Assembly: GCA_963667015.2 (NCBI GenBank)
Contig: CAXXJJ010000001.1
Location: 2,528,001 to 2,592,000, forward strand
From: Desulfatiglandales bacterium
Lineage (GTDB): Bacteria; Desulfobacterota; DSM-4660; Desulfatiglandales; HGW-15
Reading direction: 5' to 3'
Length of the DNA stretch: 64,000 bases
This document shows, in pieces, positions 30,640 to 40,592 of the stretch. A program made the position numbers and the translations under genes. The notes beneath the pieces were generated by a model. It did no database searches. It saw nothing but the letters and a program-made list of their open reading frames with translations, and was not told where the DNA came from. Position 1 is the first letter of the stretch; each line of letters opens with the position of its first letter.

Positions 30640-30853
30640 ACTACGTATCCTTTCCGGAAGGCAAGTCTGCAATATACTTTCGAAACATGGATTTGTAGAA
30701 GTTCGCCAACGTGGAAGCCACATTGTAATGCAGAAACAGCTTTCTAACTCAACAATAACAGTCCCTGTCCCTAACCATTCTGAGTTACGAATTGGAACTC
30801 TTCAATCCATTATTCGACAATCCGGGATTCTAAAGAGTGAATTTGAGTCATAA
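30632..30853 (+). CDS. hicA: HicA family mRNA interferase toxin
   Basis: LSGRQVCNIL..HGF.EVRQRGSH...VPVPNHSEL..GTL.SI.RQ signature. Overlaps hicB. Confidence 0.9.
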   Translation: MAKLRILSGRQVCNILSKHGFVEVRQRGSHIVMQKQLSNSTITVPVPNHSELRIGTLQSIIRQSGILKSEFES

Positions 30854-30879
30854 GTAAATATCCAATCTGCATTGATGCC

Positions 30880-32247
30880 TTATTTGACTTCATATTGGTG
30901 CAGAACTTCACCCTCCGGTTTTATGCTGTCCGGCCTTATAAAAGAGACCAGTACTTTGTCAGCATCAATATCAACCAATGTATATCCCGAGTCAGGGATA
31001 TAGTTTTTATATCCGGTTTCTTCTGTCGTAAACTTCCATGGCGCACCGGCGCTTCCAACACAGGTGTAATGTATTCCATCCACCGGGATATCTGTAAACA
31101 CATGATCGTGTCCATAGAAGAGGGCATTTACATTGAACTTTTTCATCCATTTATGAATAAGTTTCTGTTCTCCAATTTTCGCAGCCTGACCGCCGCCGCG
31201 GCCGTACCTGGTATTTAGATCATCGCCTGCCTTTCCTGCGACAGTATGATGAATATAAATAAACTTCCACTTTGCCTTTGATTTTTTTAGCTGTTTGTAG
31301 AGCCACTCCTTTTGTTCTTTACCAAGGGTCCAGTCATCACCCCTGCCGACTTTGGTATTATGAATATGCCCTATGGTCGTATAACCAGTTACAGTGAGAA
31401 CAATGTTAAGTGTGTCACCCCAGGTAAAAGCGTAATAGTCGCTGAACTCACCTCCGCCTTCAGGGTAGGTGTCAGGCATTGGACCAGGCATCCAGGCCAT
31501 GCGGGCATTGCGGGCCCACGATCGGTACTTTTCATCGTGCCAGCCGTTTTCCCCTTCCCAGTTGCCTATAACATTGAATACCGGTACAGATGCAGGAAGA
31601 TTTCCAAGGCCGTACCTCAGCATGTAATACAATATTGGTCCATAACGCTCATCTGTCATGGGACCGCCGTGTGAATCAAAGGTCGCTATATTATCGCCAA
31701 GCATCAGTAAAAAATCAGGTTTTCTTGCAAGGATGGATTTGCTGATATCGGATAATATCTTAATGCGTTCGGGTTGGTCAGGGGTGATATGCGAATCGGA
31801 AATCATTGCGAATGAAAAGGCGGATTTATCAGTTTTTTGTGTTCTGAAACTGCTTTCTGTTACATAACTGAACCTGTCAGCGCCTTTCAGTTTTGCCTGA
31901 ATCTGGTATTCATAAACAGTATCGGATTTTAGGGGGTGTAAGGAGATATTAATCGGTATCTGTTTATCCATAGAAAAGGTATCTGTTTTTTGCCATGGAG
32001 CAGTACCTGTCTCCCTGAATTTTATAAAACAGTCTATTGGGTTTTTACCGGCGACAATATTTACAGTGATTTCAGATCCTGTGGGCTTGACAAGGCATGG
32101 AGAAACAAGAAGGAAAGGGGATTTTTCGGGCGAGGGAGATTCATTTTCCTCTCCAATAATCAGGGCACCGGGAAGCATTACTGTTCCAGCGCCTGCTACA
32201 GTAACCTGTTTTATGAATTTCCTTCTTGAAAGATTATTAATTTTCAT
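30880..32247 (-). CDS. Tat-exported metallophosphoesterase (purple acid phosphatase-like)
   Basis: SRRKFIK Tat motif, FN3-like N-domain, and the metal-binding motifs DSH, LGD, GNWE, HH and GHDH. Confidence 0.8.
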   Translation of the reverse strand: MKINNLSRRKFIKQVTVAGAGTVMLPGALIIGEENESPSPEKSPFLLVSPCLVKPTGSEITVNIVAGKNPIDCFIKFRETGTAPWQKTDTFSMDKQIPINISLHPLKSDTVYEYQIQAKLKGADRFSYVTESSFRTQKTDKSAFSFAMISDSHITPDQPERIKILSDISKSILARKPDFLLMLGDNIATFDSHGGPMTDERYGPILYYMLRYGLGNLPASVPVFNVIGNWEGENGWHDEKYRSWARNARMAWMPGPMPDTYPEGGGEFSDYYAFTWGDTLNIVLTVTGYTTIGHIHNTKVGRGDDWTLGKEQKEWLYKQLKKSKAKWKFIYIHHTVAGKAGDDLNTRYGRGGGQAAKIGEQKLIHKWMKKFNVNALFYGHDHVFTDIPVDGIHYTCVGSAGAPWKFTTEETGYKNYIPDSGYTLVDIDADKVLVSFIRPDSIKPEGEVLHQYEVK

Positions 32248-32263
32248 TGATATCTAAAAAAGC

Positions 32264-32319
32264 AGAGACGGGTTTCATCCGTCTTCGCAAAAGCTTCGCC
32301 GCGACAAGAACCCGTCTCT
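32264..32319 (-). terminator. Intergenic inverted repeat between the ASST gene and the phosphoesterase gene
   Basis: AGAGACGGGTT...AACCCGTCTCT, with a T-run downstream on the minus strand. Confidence 0.4.
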
Positions 32320-32329
32320 AAAGGCTATT

Positions 32330-33775
32330 TTATTTCCAGAGTTTTTTCCATTTTTTTGCACCTTTCTGGGTTGCCCCTTCAAGGTTTACTCTGGGTTTCC
32401 AGCCATCCTTGATATCTTCCGCAATCTGACCCTTCGGGGTTAAATCTTTCCCCTTAAGACCCGGGTAATCCGGTCCATATCGATGTGCCCTGAATACCCC
32501 GTTGCTTGCCTGAAATCCCAGGTCATCCAGCCAGTTTTTGGTCCCGCCGCTGGTAGCAGGATTGATATATTCCCACACCACTTCACCCTCTTTTGTAACC
32601 TCGAAAAAATGACCGTGGTTTCCTGAACATACCATGGTGTTGCCGTTCGGGAGTCTCTGTGCTCCGGATATATGATGTGAAGAAAAGCTGTTTTCGGCCT
32701 TTGACTTATATTCCCAGACTATTTCTCCGGTTTTGGGGTCCATTTCTATAATTGATGAATATGTAACAGGGGATTGTGCCCAGCCGTTATTAAATATCAG
32801 GATGTTCCCTTCCCCAGGAAGCCCTTTTTTGATCCAGTGGGCATCATGGGGGCCAAAAAGGATCTGGTCACCGTTTGTGGTGAAGGTCGGCGGATCGCCA
32901 GCACCATAGGCGCTGGGATTACCCCATCTATAGATAATTTCACCTGTTTTATGGTCGATGATATAAAGTTCGCCAAATTCCCTTGAATCTGTAAGAATCT
33001 GATCAGTCACAGGATCATAGTCAACATCATTAAAGTGGAGCCAGTCAGGATTTCCCATTCTATATTTTGGTAGTACGTTTGTTATATAATTTACATCAAG
33101 GTGCTTCTTTGAATTCATGCCCCTGTGTGCCCATCCGCTCCATTTCCAAACGACTTTTCCACTGGGATCTATTTCGTATATAACATCATCAGCCACCCCT
33201 CTGTCAGTTGTCTGTTTGGGGTTTCTGCCTCCGGCTATTGCTTCTTCTTTGCTTATATGTTCCCAGGCATTGGTCAGGGTGTTGCCGTTGGGCAATCTGA
33301 CAAAATCATGGTGCAGTGAACCTTCATCAGGTCCGGGAATATATTCCCATACTATATTGCCGTCCCAGTCTACCTCCTTTAAACCCTTTGCTCCTCCGCC
33401 GAAGTTAAGACCCTTATTAGGATTTGCGTTGGGGTCCGGTTTTGGTTTTGCCTTTGGTTTGGGGGCGCCTTCTTTAGGCATTGGCGGACGCTTTTGACTG
33501 GTATTACCCAGAATATTGCCGTTTTCAAGTAAAATATAATGCATTCCCGGAGGATCACCTTTATGCTCCCAGACATGTACTATATTTCCCACCATATCTA
33601 TGAGATATGTCTTGCCGGAGTACATAGGGCTGAAAAGAGTGTATCCTTCGTATGCCTTTGATGCATTGTACTGGATCAGTTGAGAAGGTCCACTGTGTGA
33701 TTCATAGGCCTGAGAGGTTCCAAAAATCAGGGTTGCAGACAGCACGATTCCAAAAAAAATAATCCATTTTTTCAT
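32330..33775 (-). CDS. Exported arylsulfate sulfotransferase (ASST) family protein
   Basis: AAGGAG RBS, signal peptide (SQA-YE), and YLIDMVGNIVHVW, LHHDF, DWLHFN, GPHDAHWI and SGAQRLPNGNT motifs. Confidence 0.85.
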   Translation of the reverse strand: MKKWIIFFGIVLSATLIFGTSQAYESHSGPSQLIQYNASKAYEGYTLFSPMYSGKTYLIDMVGNIVHVWEHKGDPPGMHYILLENGNILGNTSQKRPPMPKEGAPKPKAKPKPDPNANPNKGLNFGGGAKGLKEVDWDGNIVWEYIPGPDEGSLHHDFVRLPNGNTLTNAWEHISKEEAIAGGRNPKQTTDRGVADDVIYEIDPSGKVVWKWSGWAHRGMNSKKHLDVNYITNVLPKYRMGNPDWLHFNDVDYDPVTDQILTDSREFGELYIIDHKTGEIIYRWGNPSAYGAGDPPTFTTNGDQILFGPHDAHWIKKGLPGEGNILIFNNGWAQSPVTYSSIIEMDPKTGEIVWEYKSKAENSFSSHHISGAQRLPNGNTMVCSGNHGHFFEVTKEGEVVWEYINPATSGGTKNWLDDLGFQASNGVFRAHRYGPDYPGLKGKDLTPKGQIAEDIKDGWKPRVNLEGATQKGAKKWKKLWK

Positions 33776-33966
33776 TTCATTCTCCTTGACATTATTTTGA
33801 TGAATCACTGATTATTAATCTCTAAATCAAATATCTTTTTCAGTAAAGCTTCCAAAGGGTTTTCGTTATCATTCGGACGGGAAAATGCTGAATAAATTTG
33901 ACGTCAAGTGTTTAACATAATATGACGATATATGGAATAAATATTATAATAAAGATGAGGTGTAAA

Positions 33967-34752
33967 GTGGAAATAAAGGAACATGAATATATAAGACAAA
34001 CGCTTGAACGATACACTGACTGCCGCCTTGAAGATTTCTGCAATCATGTCCTTATTACCAATTTTAAAAAATATATCCACGCATTTAAAGATCGTACGGG
34101 TGCTGAATTGCACGAAGGTAATTTCAGAATAGCCAATGCAAAGGACCGGGACATCACCATGATCGATTTTGGAATCGGTTCTCCTCAGGCTGCCCTTATT
34201 ATAAACTGTCTGGCATATCTGGATAATCTCAAATCGGTTATAATGCTGGGTATGTGCGGTGGCATTGACGATATTCTTGAGGTCGGTGACTTTATTGTTC
34301 CGACGGCTGCCATAAGGGGGGAGGGTACAAGCAGGCATTACCTTCCCCAGGAATTCCCGGCCATTCCCGCTATGTCGGTCAACCTCTTCTGTATCGGTGC
34401 AGTTAAAAAAATGAGCTCTAAGCCCCGCTGTGGTATTGTCTATACAACGGACAGGCGGCTGTGGGAATTTGATGAATCGTTTATAATGTATCTGAGAAAA
34501 CAGAGAATCCTTGCCATAGAGATGGAACTGGCAACGCTTTTTTCTGTCGGGTATCACTATGAAGTACCTATCGGATCAATAATGCTTGTATCGGATATGC
34601 CTCTCCATAGAAGCGGGATCAAGGATAAGAAACTCCATGCTCAGGTATATGAAAAATATATGGATAAACATCTGGATATTGCCTTTAACGCAGTTGAAAG
34701 TATTCAGAGTAAATGGAGCGAGGTGGAGGACCAGCTTTCCAGTGAGTGGTAG
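33967..34752 (+). CDS. amn: AMP nucleosidase (short PNP/UDP-fold type)
   Basis: TLERYT...VLITNF...FGIGSPQAA...GMCGG...AAIRGEGTS..Y.P...IEMELATLF...VSDMPL. The start codon (GTG after GAGG) is uncertain. Confidence 0.8.
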   Translation: MEIKEHEYIRQTLERYTDCRLEDFCNHVLITNFKKYIHAFKDRTGAELHEGNFRIANAKDRDITMIDFGIGSPQAALIINCLAYLDNLKSVIMLGMCGGIDDILEVGDFIVPTAAIRGEGTSRHYLPQEFPAIPAMSVNLFCIGAVKKMSSKPRCGIVYTTDRRLWEFDESFIMYLRKQRILAIEMELATLFSVGYHYEVPIGSIMLVSDMPLHRSGIKDKKLHAQVYEKYMDKHLDIAFNAVESIQSKWSEVEDQLSSEW

Positions 34753-34859
34753 GAAAAACCGGTTTATGGTTTAGGGGTTAAGGTTGAAGCTTTTATTCCT
34801 GTTGTACACGCCAGTATAAAAACATGGTACCTCCTGTTTGAACCTTTATCAGTTGCTCT

Positions 34860-35945
34860 TTATTCCATTTTTTTTCGTGCAATTGCTATGGTAACATTTC
34901 CTGATGTTATCTTGTTAACAATAAGTTCTGAGCCCTTTCCTGCACATAAAATAGCTGCCGGCTCTGATACACCATAGGAGCCGAGATTTTTTTTCAGTTC
35001 CTGGGATGGGGGTGACAACCTTTGATACTTGACGTTGTTCAACGTTTCAGCGTCGTAGTATTTTAATTCCTGATTAATAGAATTGCAGTAGGCCAGCAGC
35101 CCTGGTTCGTCCTTTTTTTTATCTATAGTCGCCACATCAGTAATGGAGAGCGGGGAGAGCCCTTTAAGACTTAAAATTCTGCTTACTGTGGAGGCAATCT
35201 CTTCTGAACCTGTATTATGAACGATCCCTATTCCCAGTACGAGATTTGGGGGCCTTATAAGTAAAAACTTTCTTAAAACATCCGGCGGTATTTGAAATTG
35301 TTTTTCAGAGATAATGCATATTGCATCATATTCATGTGGATTAACATCGATGATATCCTGAAAATGATCGGGTCTGTAATCTGCATTTCCATAGTATTTT
35401 TCGTATAAATATTTATCGCAGATAAGGGCAACCGGTTCATTATTAAGCATGGCAGATGAGAAAGATTTTATCATATCCTTATTCTCAATTACCGCACCAA
35501 TCTCCATCGCGACTGTATCAACAGCAGTAATATCAGTTATATCTGTTGTGGTTGTAATAACAGGATTTCCATCAAGCAGGGAGGCCAGCTGAAGAGTAAG
35601 CCTGTTTGCGCCTCCCATATTCCCCAATAAAAGACTTATTACATTTTTGCCCATCTCATCCATTACTACTATAGCAGGATCACTTTTATTATCTTTAATA
35701 ACTTTGCTGATTGTGCGTATGACTATTCCGGTTGCCATGATAAATACATGACCATTGTATTCGCGAAAGACCTTACAAACACTTTCACTAAAATTGTCAT
35801 AACCGCTGATGCGTGGATTAACATAGGATTTTTTGACAGAGGCCGGAGTAAGAATATCTTTTATTCCAGGTACCCCCCTGAGTCTGAGCGCAGTCCTGAG
35901 CCCTTTTTCGTTCAGTGTCCATATTGCAATATTATATTCTTCCAT
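34860..35945 (-). CDS. cbiG: Cobalt-precorrin-5A hydrolase
   Basis: FIMATGIVIRTI...SDPAIVVMDE.G..VISLL.G..GGAN...PVITT.TD, with C-terminal GVSEPAA. Confidence 0.9.
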   Translation of the reverse strand: MEEYNIAIWTLNEKGLRTALRLRGVPGIKDILTPASVKKSYVNPRISGYDNFSESVCKVFREYNGHVFIMATGIVIRTISKVIKDNKSDPAIVVMDEMGKNVISLLLGNMGGANRLTLQLASLLDGNPVITTTTDITDITAVDTVAMEIGAVIENKDMIKSFSSAMLNNEPVALICDKYLYEKYYGNADYRPDHFQDIIDVNPHEYDAICIISEKQFQIPPDVLRKFLLIRPPNLVLGIGIVHNTGSEEIASTVSRILSLKGLSPLSITDVATIDKKKDEPGLLAYCNSINQELKYYDAETLNNVKYQRLSPPSQELKKNLGSYGVSEPAAILCAGKGSELIVNKITSGNVTIAIARKKME

Positions 35946-36164
35946 TTTATAGAATTCCTTCTATTTCATATTTCTTTTTTAATAGTAGAATAAGAAATTA
36001 TCACATGCAGTATGGCAATGCAAATATCATTTATTACAATCCTACGAATATCGCAGGGCATTAGAGATAATAATCGGAAAATCAGTCCGAGAAATAATAA
36101 AACAGCCGGCAGAGTGGTAGATATAGAGGAGGGTAATGTACAGGAGTGCTGAAATAAACTTCAA

Positions 36165-36211
36165 ACACAATCTGTGGTTGTTATTATTTAAAAATATACA
36201 ATATTATGTAT
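36165..36211 (+). promoter_or_regulatory. Putative tandem NrdR boxes upstream of nrdD
   Basis: ACACAATCTGTGGTTG (36165) and ATACAATATTATGTAT (36196) are 31 bp apart and resemble the acaCwAtATaTwGtg consensus. Confidence 0.55.
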
Positions 36212-36275
36212 ATTTTTAGTGAAACTATATGATTTTTATCTTGACAAAACATGTCCTTTTAAATAAATCAATCTC

Positions 36276-36454
36276 TATTCGGGTGCTTTATTTAAGCCTA
36301 ACAGGGAATCCCGTTAAAGTCGGGAACGGACCCGCCGCTGTAACCTCCCCTTTTTTCCATTTGGGAAGAGAAACTGCTTTGACCTTTGTGTGCCACTGTT
36401 GAAGAACGGGAAGGCTGTCAAAACAGGAGGAAGTCAGAAGACCTGCCCGGATAA
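36276..36454 (+). ncRNA. Cobalamin riboswitch upstream of nrdD
   Basis: GGTGC...AACAGGGAATCCCGTTAAAGTCGGGAACGG.CCCGCCGCTGTAA...GCCACTG...GGGAAGG...AAGTCAGAAGACCTGCC (B12 box). Confidence 0.93.
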
Positions 36455-36516
36455 TATAGGTCTCTTTCGTGGTATGAAGCAGACCGCCTGATCTAGAGGA
36501 TAAAAAAGGGTAATCC

Positions 36517-36550
36517 CCGGATCGATGTCTATCGTTCCGGGTTTTTTTAT
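36517..36550 (+). terminator. Riboswitch-coupled intrinsic terminator (nrdD leader)
   Basis: CCCGGATCGAT...ATCGTTCCGGG followed by a long T-run. Confidence 0.75.
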
Positions 36551-36640
36551 CTTGGATGTTAACAACAGTCTCGTTATTTAGACCATATCTCATTATAAAC
36601 ATTAGAGTTAAATCAGGCGTCACAGGAGGAAAGAAAAGAG

Positions 36641-39472
36641 ATGCAAAAGGGTAATGTTCTTACTGCAATGGGAAAAGGAGATGGGTATCCGGAATCCTTT
36701 GAGCACGGTCTTACCGGTTTTTTAAAAAGAGATGGAAAAGAAGTAGACTTTGATCCGGATAAAATTTCAGACGCAATAAAAAAGGCTTCAGAAAAGACAA
36801 AAAGGGATCTTAAAGGTGATCTGGATATTCCTGACCCTGATAACATGGCATGGAAAGTGATAGCAGAATTGAACAATCCATTCTCTCCCTATTTTATTCA
36901 GGCCAGAAATGGCAAGCGGGTGCCCAAAATAGAGGATGTTCAGGACCTTGTAGAGATTGTGCTGGCCCAAAGCGGATATCAGGAGGTAATGACAGCCTAT
37001 AAGCTCTATAGAAAAAAGAGGGAAAATATCAGGAAACAGCTTAAGATCCGTACAAAGCAGGACTCAGAACAGCAGGATTCCACGGATGCGCTGCTCCTTG
37101 TTGAATCAACCACCCAGAATGTTACACACCCCTGGGACAAAACGCGTATTGTTGATGCACTCCTCAAAGAGACCTCCCTTTCCTATGAAGAATCCCGAAG
37201 CATTGCAAAATCGGTTGAAAACCGGGCCTTTGCCTGGGATGATTCCACCATAAGCACCTCCCTGGTAAGAGAGATGGTTAACAATGAACTGGAGGAGAGA
37301 GGATATATTGCCTGTCTGAGGGATATGGCCCAGTTTTCCATTGCAAAGCCTGTTCTTGAAGGGCTGCTTTTTTCAAAGTCCGATGAGAATAGTAATATAA
37401 AAAACAATAACCCCGAAGCAGTTACCCAGACAATAGGCGAGATAGTCCTGAAACAGTACGCCCTGAGATACCTTTTTGGTGAAAAACTTGAAAGGGCACA
37501 TGCTACAGGGCGTATACATATTCATGACCTTGGTTTTCCTGACAGGGTTTACTGCTCATCACACTCCATTGAATATATAAAAAAATACGGGCTCAAGGGG
37601 CTTGTTAACCTTACAAGCGAATCAAGCCCTGCAAATTCAGCACAGGTGCTTACCGGACATTTAAATACATACCTTGCCTCCATGCAGGCCTATTATGCCG
37701 GGGCACTGGGAGTAGCCTATATTAACATCCTCTATGCCCCCTATCTTGAGGGGCTGACAAAGGAGGAGATTTACCAGCGGGCACAGGAACTCATCTTTAA
37801 CGGCTCACAAAATGCCTTTTCAAGAGGCGGACAGAGTATCTTCCTGGATTTTAATATACATTCGGGGGTTCCTGAATACCTTAAAAGAGTCCCTGCTATT
37901 GGTCCCGGTGGCAAATATATGATGATGACTGCGGATGGTGAGAAGATCAGCCTGGAAGAATCTTTATCAGTCGAAGTATCATCACGCGGATACAGATTGA
38001 TGATATTAAAACATAAAGATCGTGTGGTACTGAAAGAGGTAATGAACAGTGAAGGCCAGATAGAATATGATGTTTCTGTCCAGCAGGAACTCAAAGACCG
38101 GGGTGAAAAAATCGTTACCTATGGTGACTATGAAAAACTGGCAGGAGACTTTGCCATCAAGATGCTTGATGTATGGGAAAAGGGTGATACAAACGGCAGG
38201 GTGTTTGAGTTTCCTAAATGTGACTTTCATGTAAGTGAGGAGTCCTTTTCTGATCCTGAACAGCTTAAAATTCTTGAAAGAGCATGTGAGGTTGCTTCAA
38301 GGAACGGATCGGTCTATTTTATTTTTGACAGGGACCAGGTTACTCTTTCCGCATGCTGTCGTCTTCGCACAACAATAAATGATAATTATATGCTTATCCA
38401 TCCGGAAAGCATGAGGTTTTGCGGATTCCAGAATGTTACGATCAATATACCCCATGCAGCATACCTTGCTGCCGGAGATGGCCAGAAAAACATCGACGGC
38501 CTTATAAAAAAGGTCTACGAGTCCATGGATCTCGCGATTGAAGCCCATCTGCTAAAAAAGACCTTTGTTGAGCAAAAAATGATGAAGCGGGGAGGCCCCC
38601 TGTGGCAGATAGGAAAAGAGTGCTGTGACGGGAAAAGGTATGTGGATCTTGATTCAAGCACATATATCATAGGGTTGATAGGAGTAAATGATGCTGTTAA
38701 ATTTCTAACCGGCAGGGAAATGCATGAATCAGGGGAATCGGTTGATCTTGCATTAAAGATTGTAGCGTCAATGAATATAAGGCTGCGTGAGTATTCCGAA
38801 AGATACGGTTTAAAGTTTACCCTTGAAGAATCACCTGCCGAGAGCGCTGCCAGACGGCTTGCAAAGACGGATATGATCTATTTTGGAAAATATGCATCCG
38901 GTATTGTCAAAGGAAGTATTGAGGACGATTCCATTTATTATACTAATTCCATACACCTTGCGGCAGACTGCGACGTAAGTCTTGTGGAAAGGATAAGAAT
39001 CCAGGGGCTGTTTCACGGGCTTATAGAATCGGGCGCCATCACCCATGCCTTTGTCGGAGAGGAAAGACCGTCCTCCGGGGCAATCTTCAAGCTGGTCAGG
39101 AATACATTTTTTCGCACACAGTCAGCCCAGCTTACCATAAGTCCTGAGTTTACATACTGTAATGAGTGTCACAATGAGATGAGAGGACTGATTGAAAAAT
39201 GTGACAGGTGCGGAAGCTCCAGCGTTGATGGTATCTCCCGTATTGTCGGGTATTACAGTGTTATTCATGACTGGAACAAGTCTAAAAAGGGAGAGCTCAG
39301 GTCTCGGAAAAACGGAAACTATGGCCTGACAGGCAGGGATGATATCTGTAAGCCGGATAATGATATAATGCCTTCCTATAAAAGGAGTTCTGTATCACCA
39401 GACTATGGTGAAGAACTGTCACATGAGGATCAGACAGGTTCATGTAAAGATGGTGTATGCACACTCAACTGA
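36641..39472 (+). CDS. nrdD: Anaerobic (class III) ribonucleoside-triphosphate reductase with two ATP-cones
   Basis: Two ATP-cones (KRDG..VDFD..KI..AI; WDKTRIV.ALLKET), IHIHDL, ACCRL, EESPAES, YYTNS, Zn site CNEC/CDRC and glycyl loop RIVGYY. Confidence 0.95.
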   Translation: MQKGNVLTAMGKGDGYPESFEHGLTGFLKRDGKEVDFDPDKISDAIKKASEKTKRDLKGDLDIPDPDNMAWKVIAELNNPFSPYFIQARNGKRVPKIEDVQDLVEIVLAQSGYQEVMTAYKLYRKKRENIRKQLKIRTKQDSEQQDSTDALLLVESTTQNVTHPWDKTRIVDALLKETSLSYEESRSIAKSVENRAFAWDDSTISTSLVREMVNNELEERGYIACLRDMAQFSIAKPVLEGLLFSKSDENSNIKNNNPEAVTQTIGEIVLKQYALRYLFGEKLERAHATGRIHIHDLGFPDRVYCSSHSIEYIKKYGLKGLVNLTSESSPANSAQVLTGHLNTYLASMQAYYAGALGVAYINILYAPYLEGLTKEEIYQRAQELIFNGSQNAFSRGGQSIFLDFNIHSGVPEYLKRVPAIGPGGKYMMMTADGEKISLEESLSVEVSSRGYRLMILKHKDRVVLKEVMNSEGQIEYDVSVQQELKDRGEKIVTYGDYEKLAGDFAIKMLDVWEKGDTNGRVFEFPKCDFHVSEESFSDPEQLKILERACEVASRNGSVYFIFDRDQVTLSACCRLRTTINDNYMLIHPESMRFCGFQNVTINIPHAAYLAAGDGQKNIDGLIKKVYESMDLAIEAHLLKKTFVEQKMMKRGGPLWQIGKECCDGKRYVDLDSSTYIIGLIGVNDAVKFLTGREMHESGESVDLALKIVASMNIRLREYSERYGLKFTLEESPAESAARRLAKTDMIYFGKYASGIVKGSIEDDSIYYTNSIHLAADCDVSLVERIRIQGLFHGLIESGAITHAFVGEERPSSGAIFKLVRNTFFRTQSAQLTISPEFTYCNECHNEMRGLIEKCDRCGSSSVDGISRIVGYYSVIHDWNKSKKGELRSRKNGNYGLTGRDDICKPDNDIMPSYKRSSVSPDYGEELSHEDQTGSCKDGVCTLN

Positions 39473-39487
39473 TAAGGGATACTGGAA

Positions 39488-39886
39488 ATGAAAAAATATC
39501 TTGTGGTAATATACGGAAAAAACGGGTGTGAAAAGTGTGTCCGCCTGAAAAAGGAAGTGAGTCAGATCCTTGAAGAGGATAACAGCCTGAATGATTTTGA
39601 TATGGATTACCAGAATCTCTCAACCATTGAAGGGATGCAGGCATATGCCCTGGCAGAAACGGTTAATGGCCAGAGGATTCCGGCCCTCCAGGTCATGAAG
39701 TACAGTGAGAATAAAAAATCCTATGTCAAGATACCATATCCCGGTAATGGCAAAGATTCCGATGCCAAACCCTTCCTGTACTATTTACAGCTTGAAACAG
39801 GTTATTCAGCTGATGAAGCCGGCATTGATCCGGAAAGGATAAAGAAAATCATGTCTATGGCTCAATCAAGTTCTATGGTCTCATGA
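39488..39886 (+). CDS. Thioredoxin/glutaredoxin-like CxxC protein
   Basis: VIYGKNGCEKC..LK at the N-terminus and RIPAL (cis-Pro loop). Located between nrdD and nrdG. Confidence 0.65.
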   Translation: MKKYLVVIYGKNGCEKCVRLKKEVSQILEEDNSLNDFDMDYQNLSTIEGMQAYALAETVNGQRIPALQVMKYSENKKSYVKIPYPGNGKDSDAKPFLYYLQLETGYSADEAGIDPERIKKIMSMAQSSSMVS

Positions 39887-40575
39887 AGTCTGCTGTTTTT
39901 ACATACCAGAAAACCGAATCTACTATTGACTTTGAAGGTCGCATAGCACTTCTTTTTTTTACGCAGGGGTGTAACTTCAGGTGCGGTTTCTGCCATAATC
40001 CGGAACTTATTCCTGTAAAAGACAAACACATGTCATTCGAAGAACTGGACGCTGTCCTTGACAGGGCTGGGCGGAACTGGGTGGATGGAATTTGTATAAC
40101 AGGCGGCGAGCCAACGATGCAGGAGACATTACCTGAGACACTGGCATTTATGAAGCAGAAGGGGATGGATGTAAAACTGGATACTCAGGGAAGTTTTCCG
40201 GATATGCTGAAAAAGGTAATAGAATACTGTGATTACATTGCAATGGATTATAAGATGCCTGTTGATAAATACCATGAAATTACCGGTGTAAAGGTCGACA
40301 GGGAAAGTATTGCAAAGAGCCTGGGTCTTTTAAAAAACAGCAATATTGAGTATGAAATAAGAACAACTATAGTGCCGGGAATACACACTGAAGAGGATAT
40401 TAAAAAGATTTGTGCCGAACTGAAGGGTGTCAGAAGATTTGTGTTGCAAAGATTTATTCCCAGGGATAACCTGCCTGATAAAAAATTGAGAACAATAGAA
40501 AAAACTTCCCCTGATGTAATGGAACATTTTGCAGAAGTCAGCCGGGAGTATTTTGCAGATGTTGTTGTGAGATGA
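39883..40575 (+). CDS. nrdG: Anaerobic RNR activating radical SAM enzyme
   Basis: FTQGCNFRCGFCHNPEL, ITGGEPT, KLDTQG and YEIRTT motifs. Confidence 0.92.
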   Translation: MKSAVFTYQKTESTIDFEGRIALLFFTQGCNFRCGFCHNPELIPVKDKHMSFEELDAVLDRAGRNWVDGICITGGEPTMQETLPETLAFMKQKGMDVKLDTQGSFPDMLKKVIEYCDYIAMDYKMPVDKYHEITGVKVDRESIAKSLGLLKNSNIEYEIRTTIVPGIHTEEDIKKICAELKGVRRFVLQRFIPRDNLPDKKLRTIEKTSPDVMEHFAEVSREYFADVVVR

Positions 40576-40592
40576 ATTAGGAGAATTACCAG

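Noticed and set aside
36288..36623. 111-aa minus-strand ORF (and 42342-42626 plus-strand ORF start)
   Set aside because: These overlap cobalamin riboswitches and terminators and are chance frames.
37915..38110. Insertion in NrdD as a possible intein or intron
   Set aside because: Too short, with no Cys/Ser start, no His-Asn end and no endonuclease motif. The frame is continuous.
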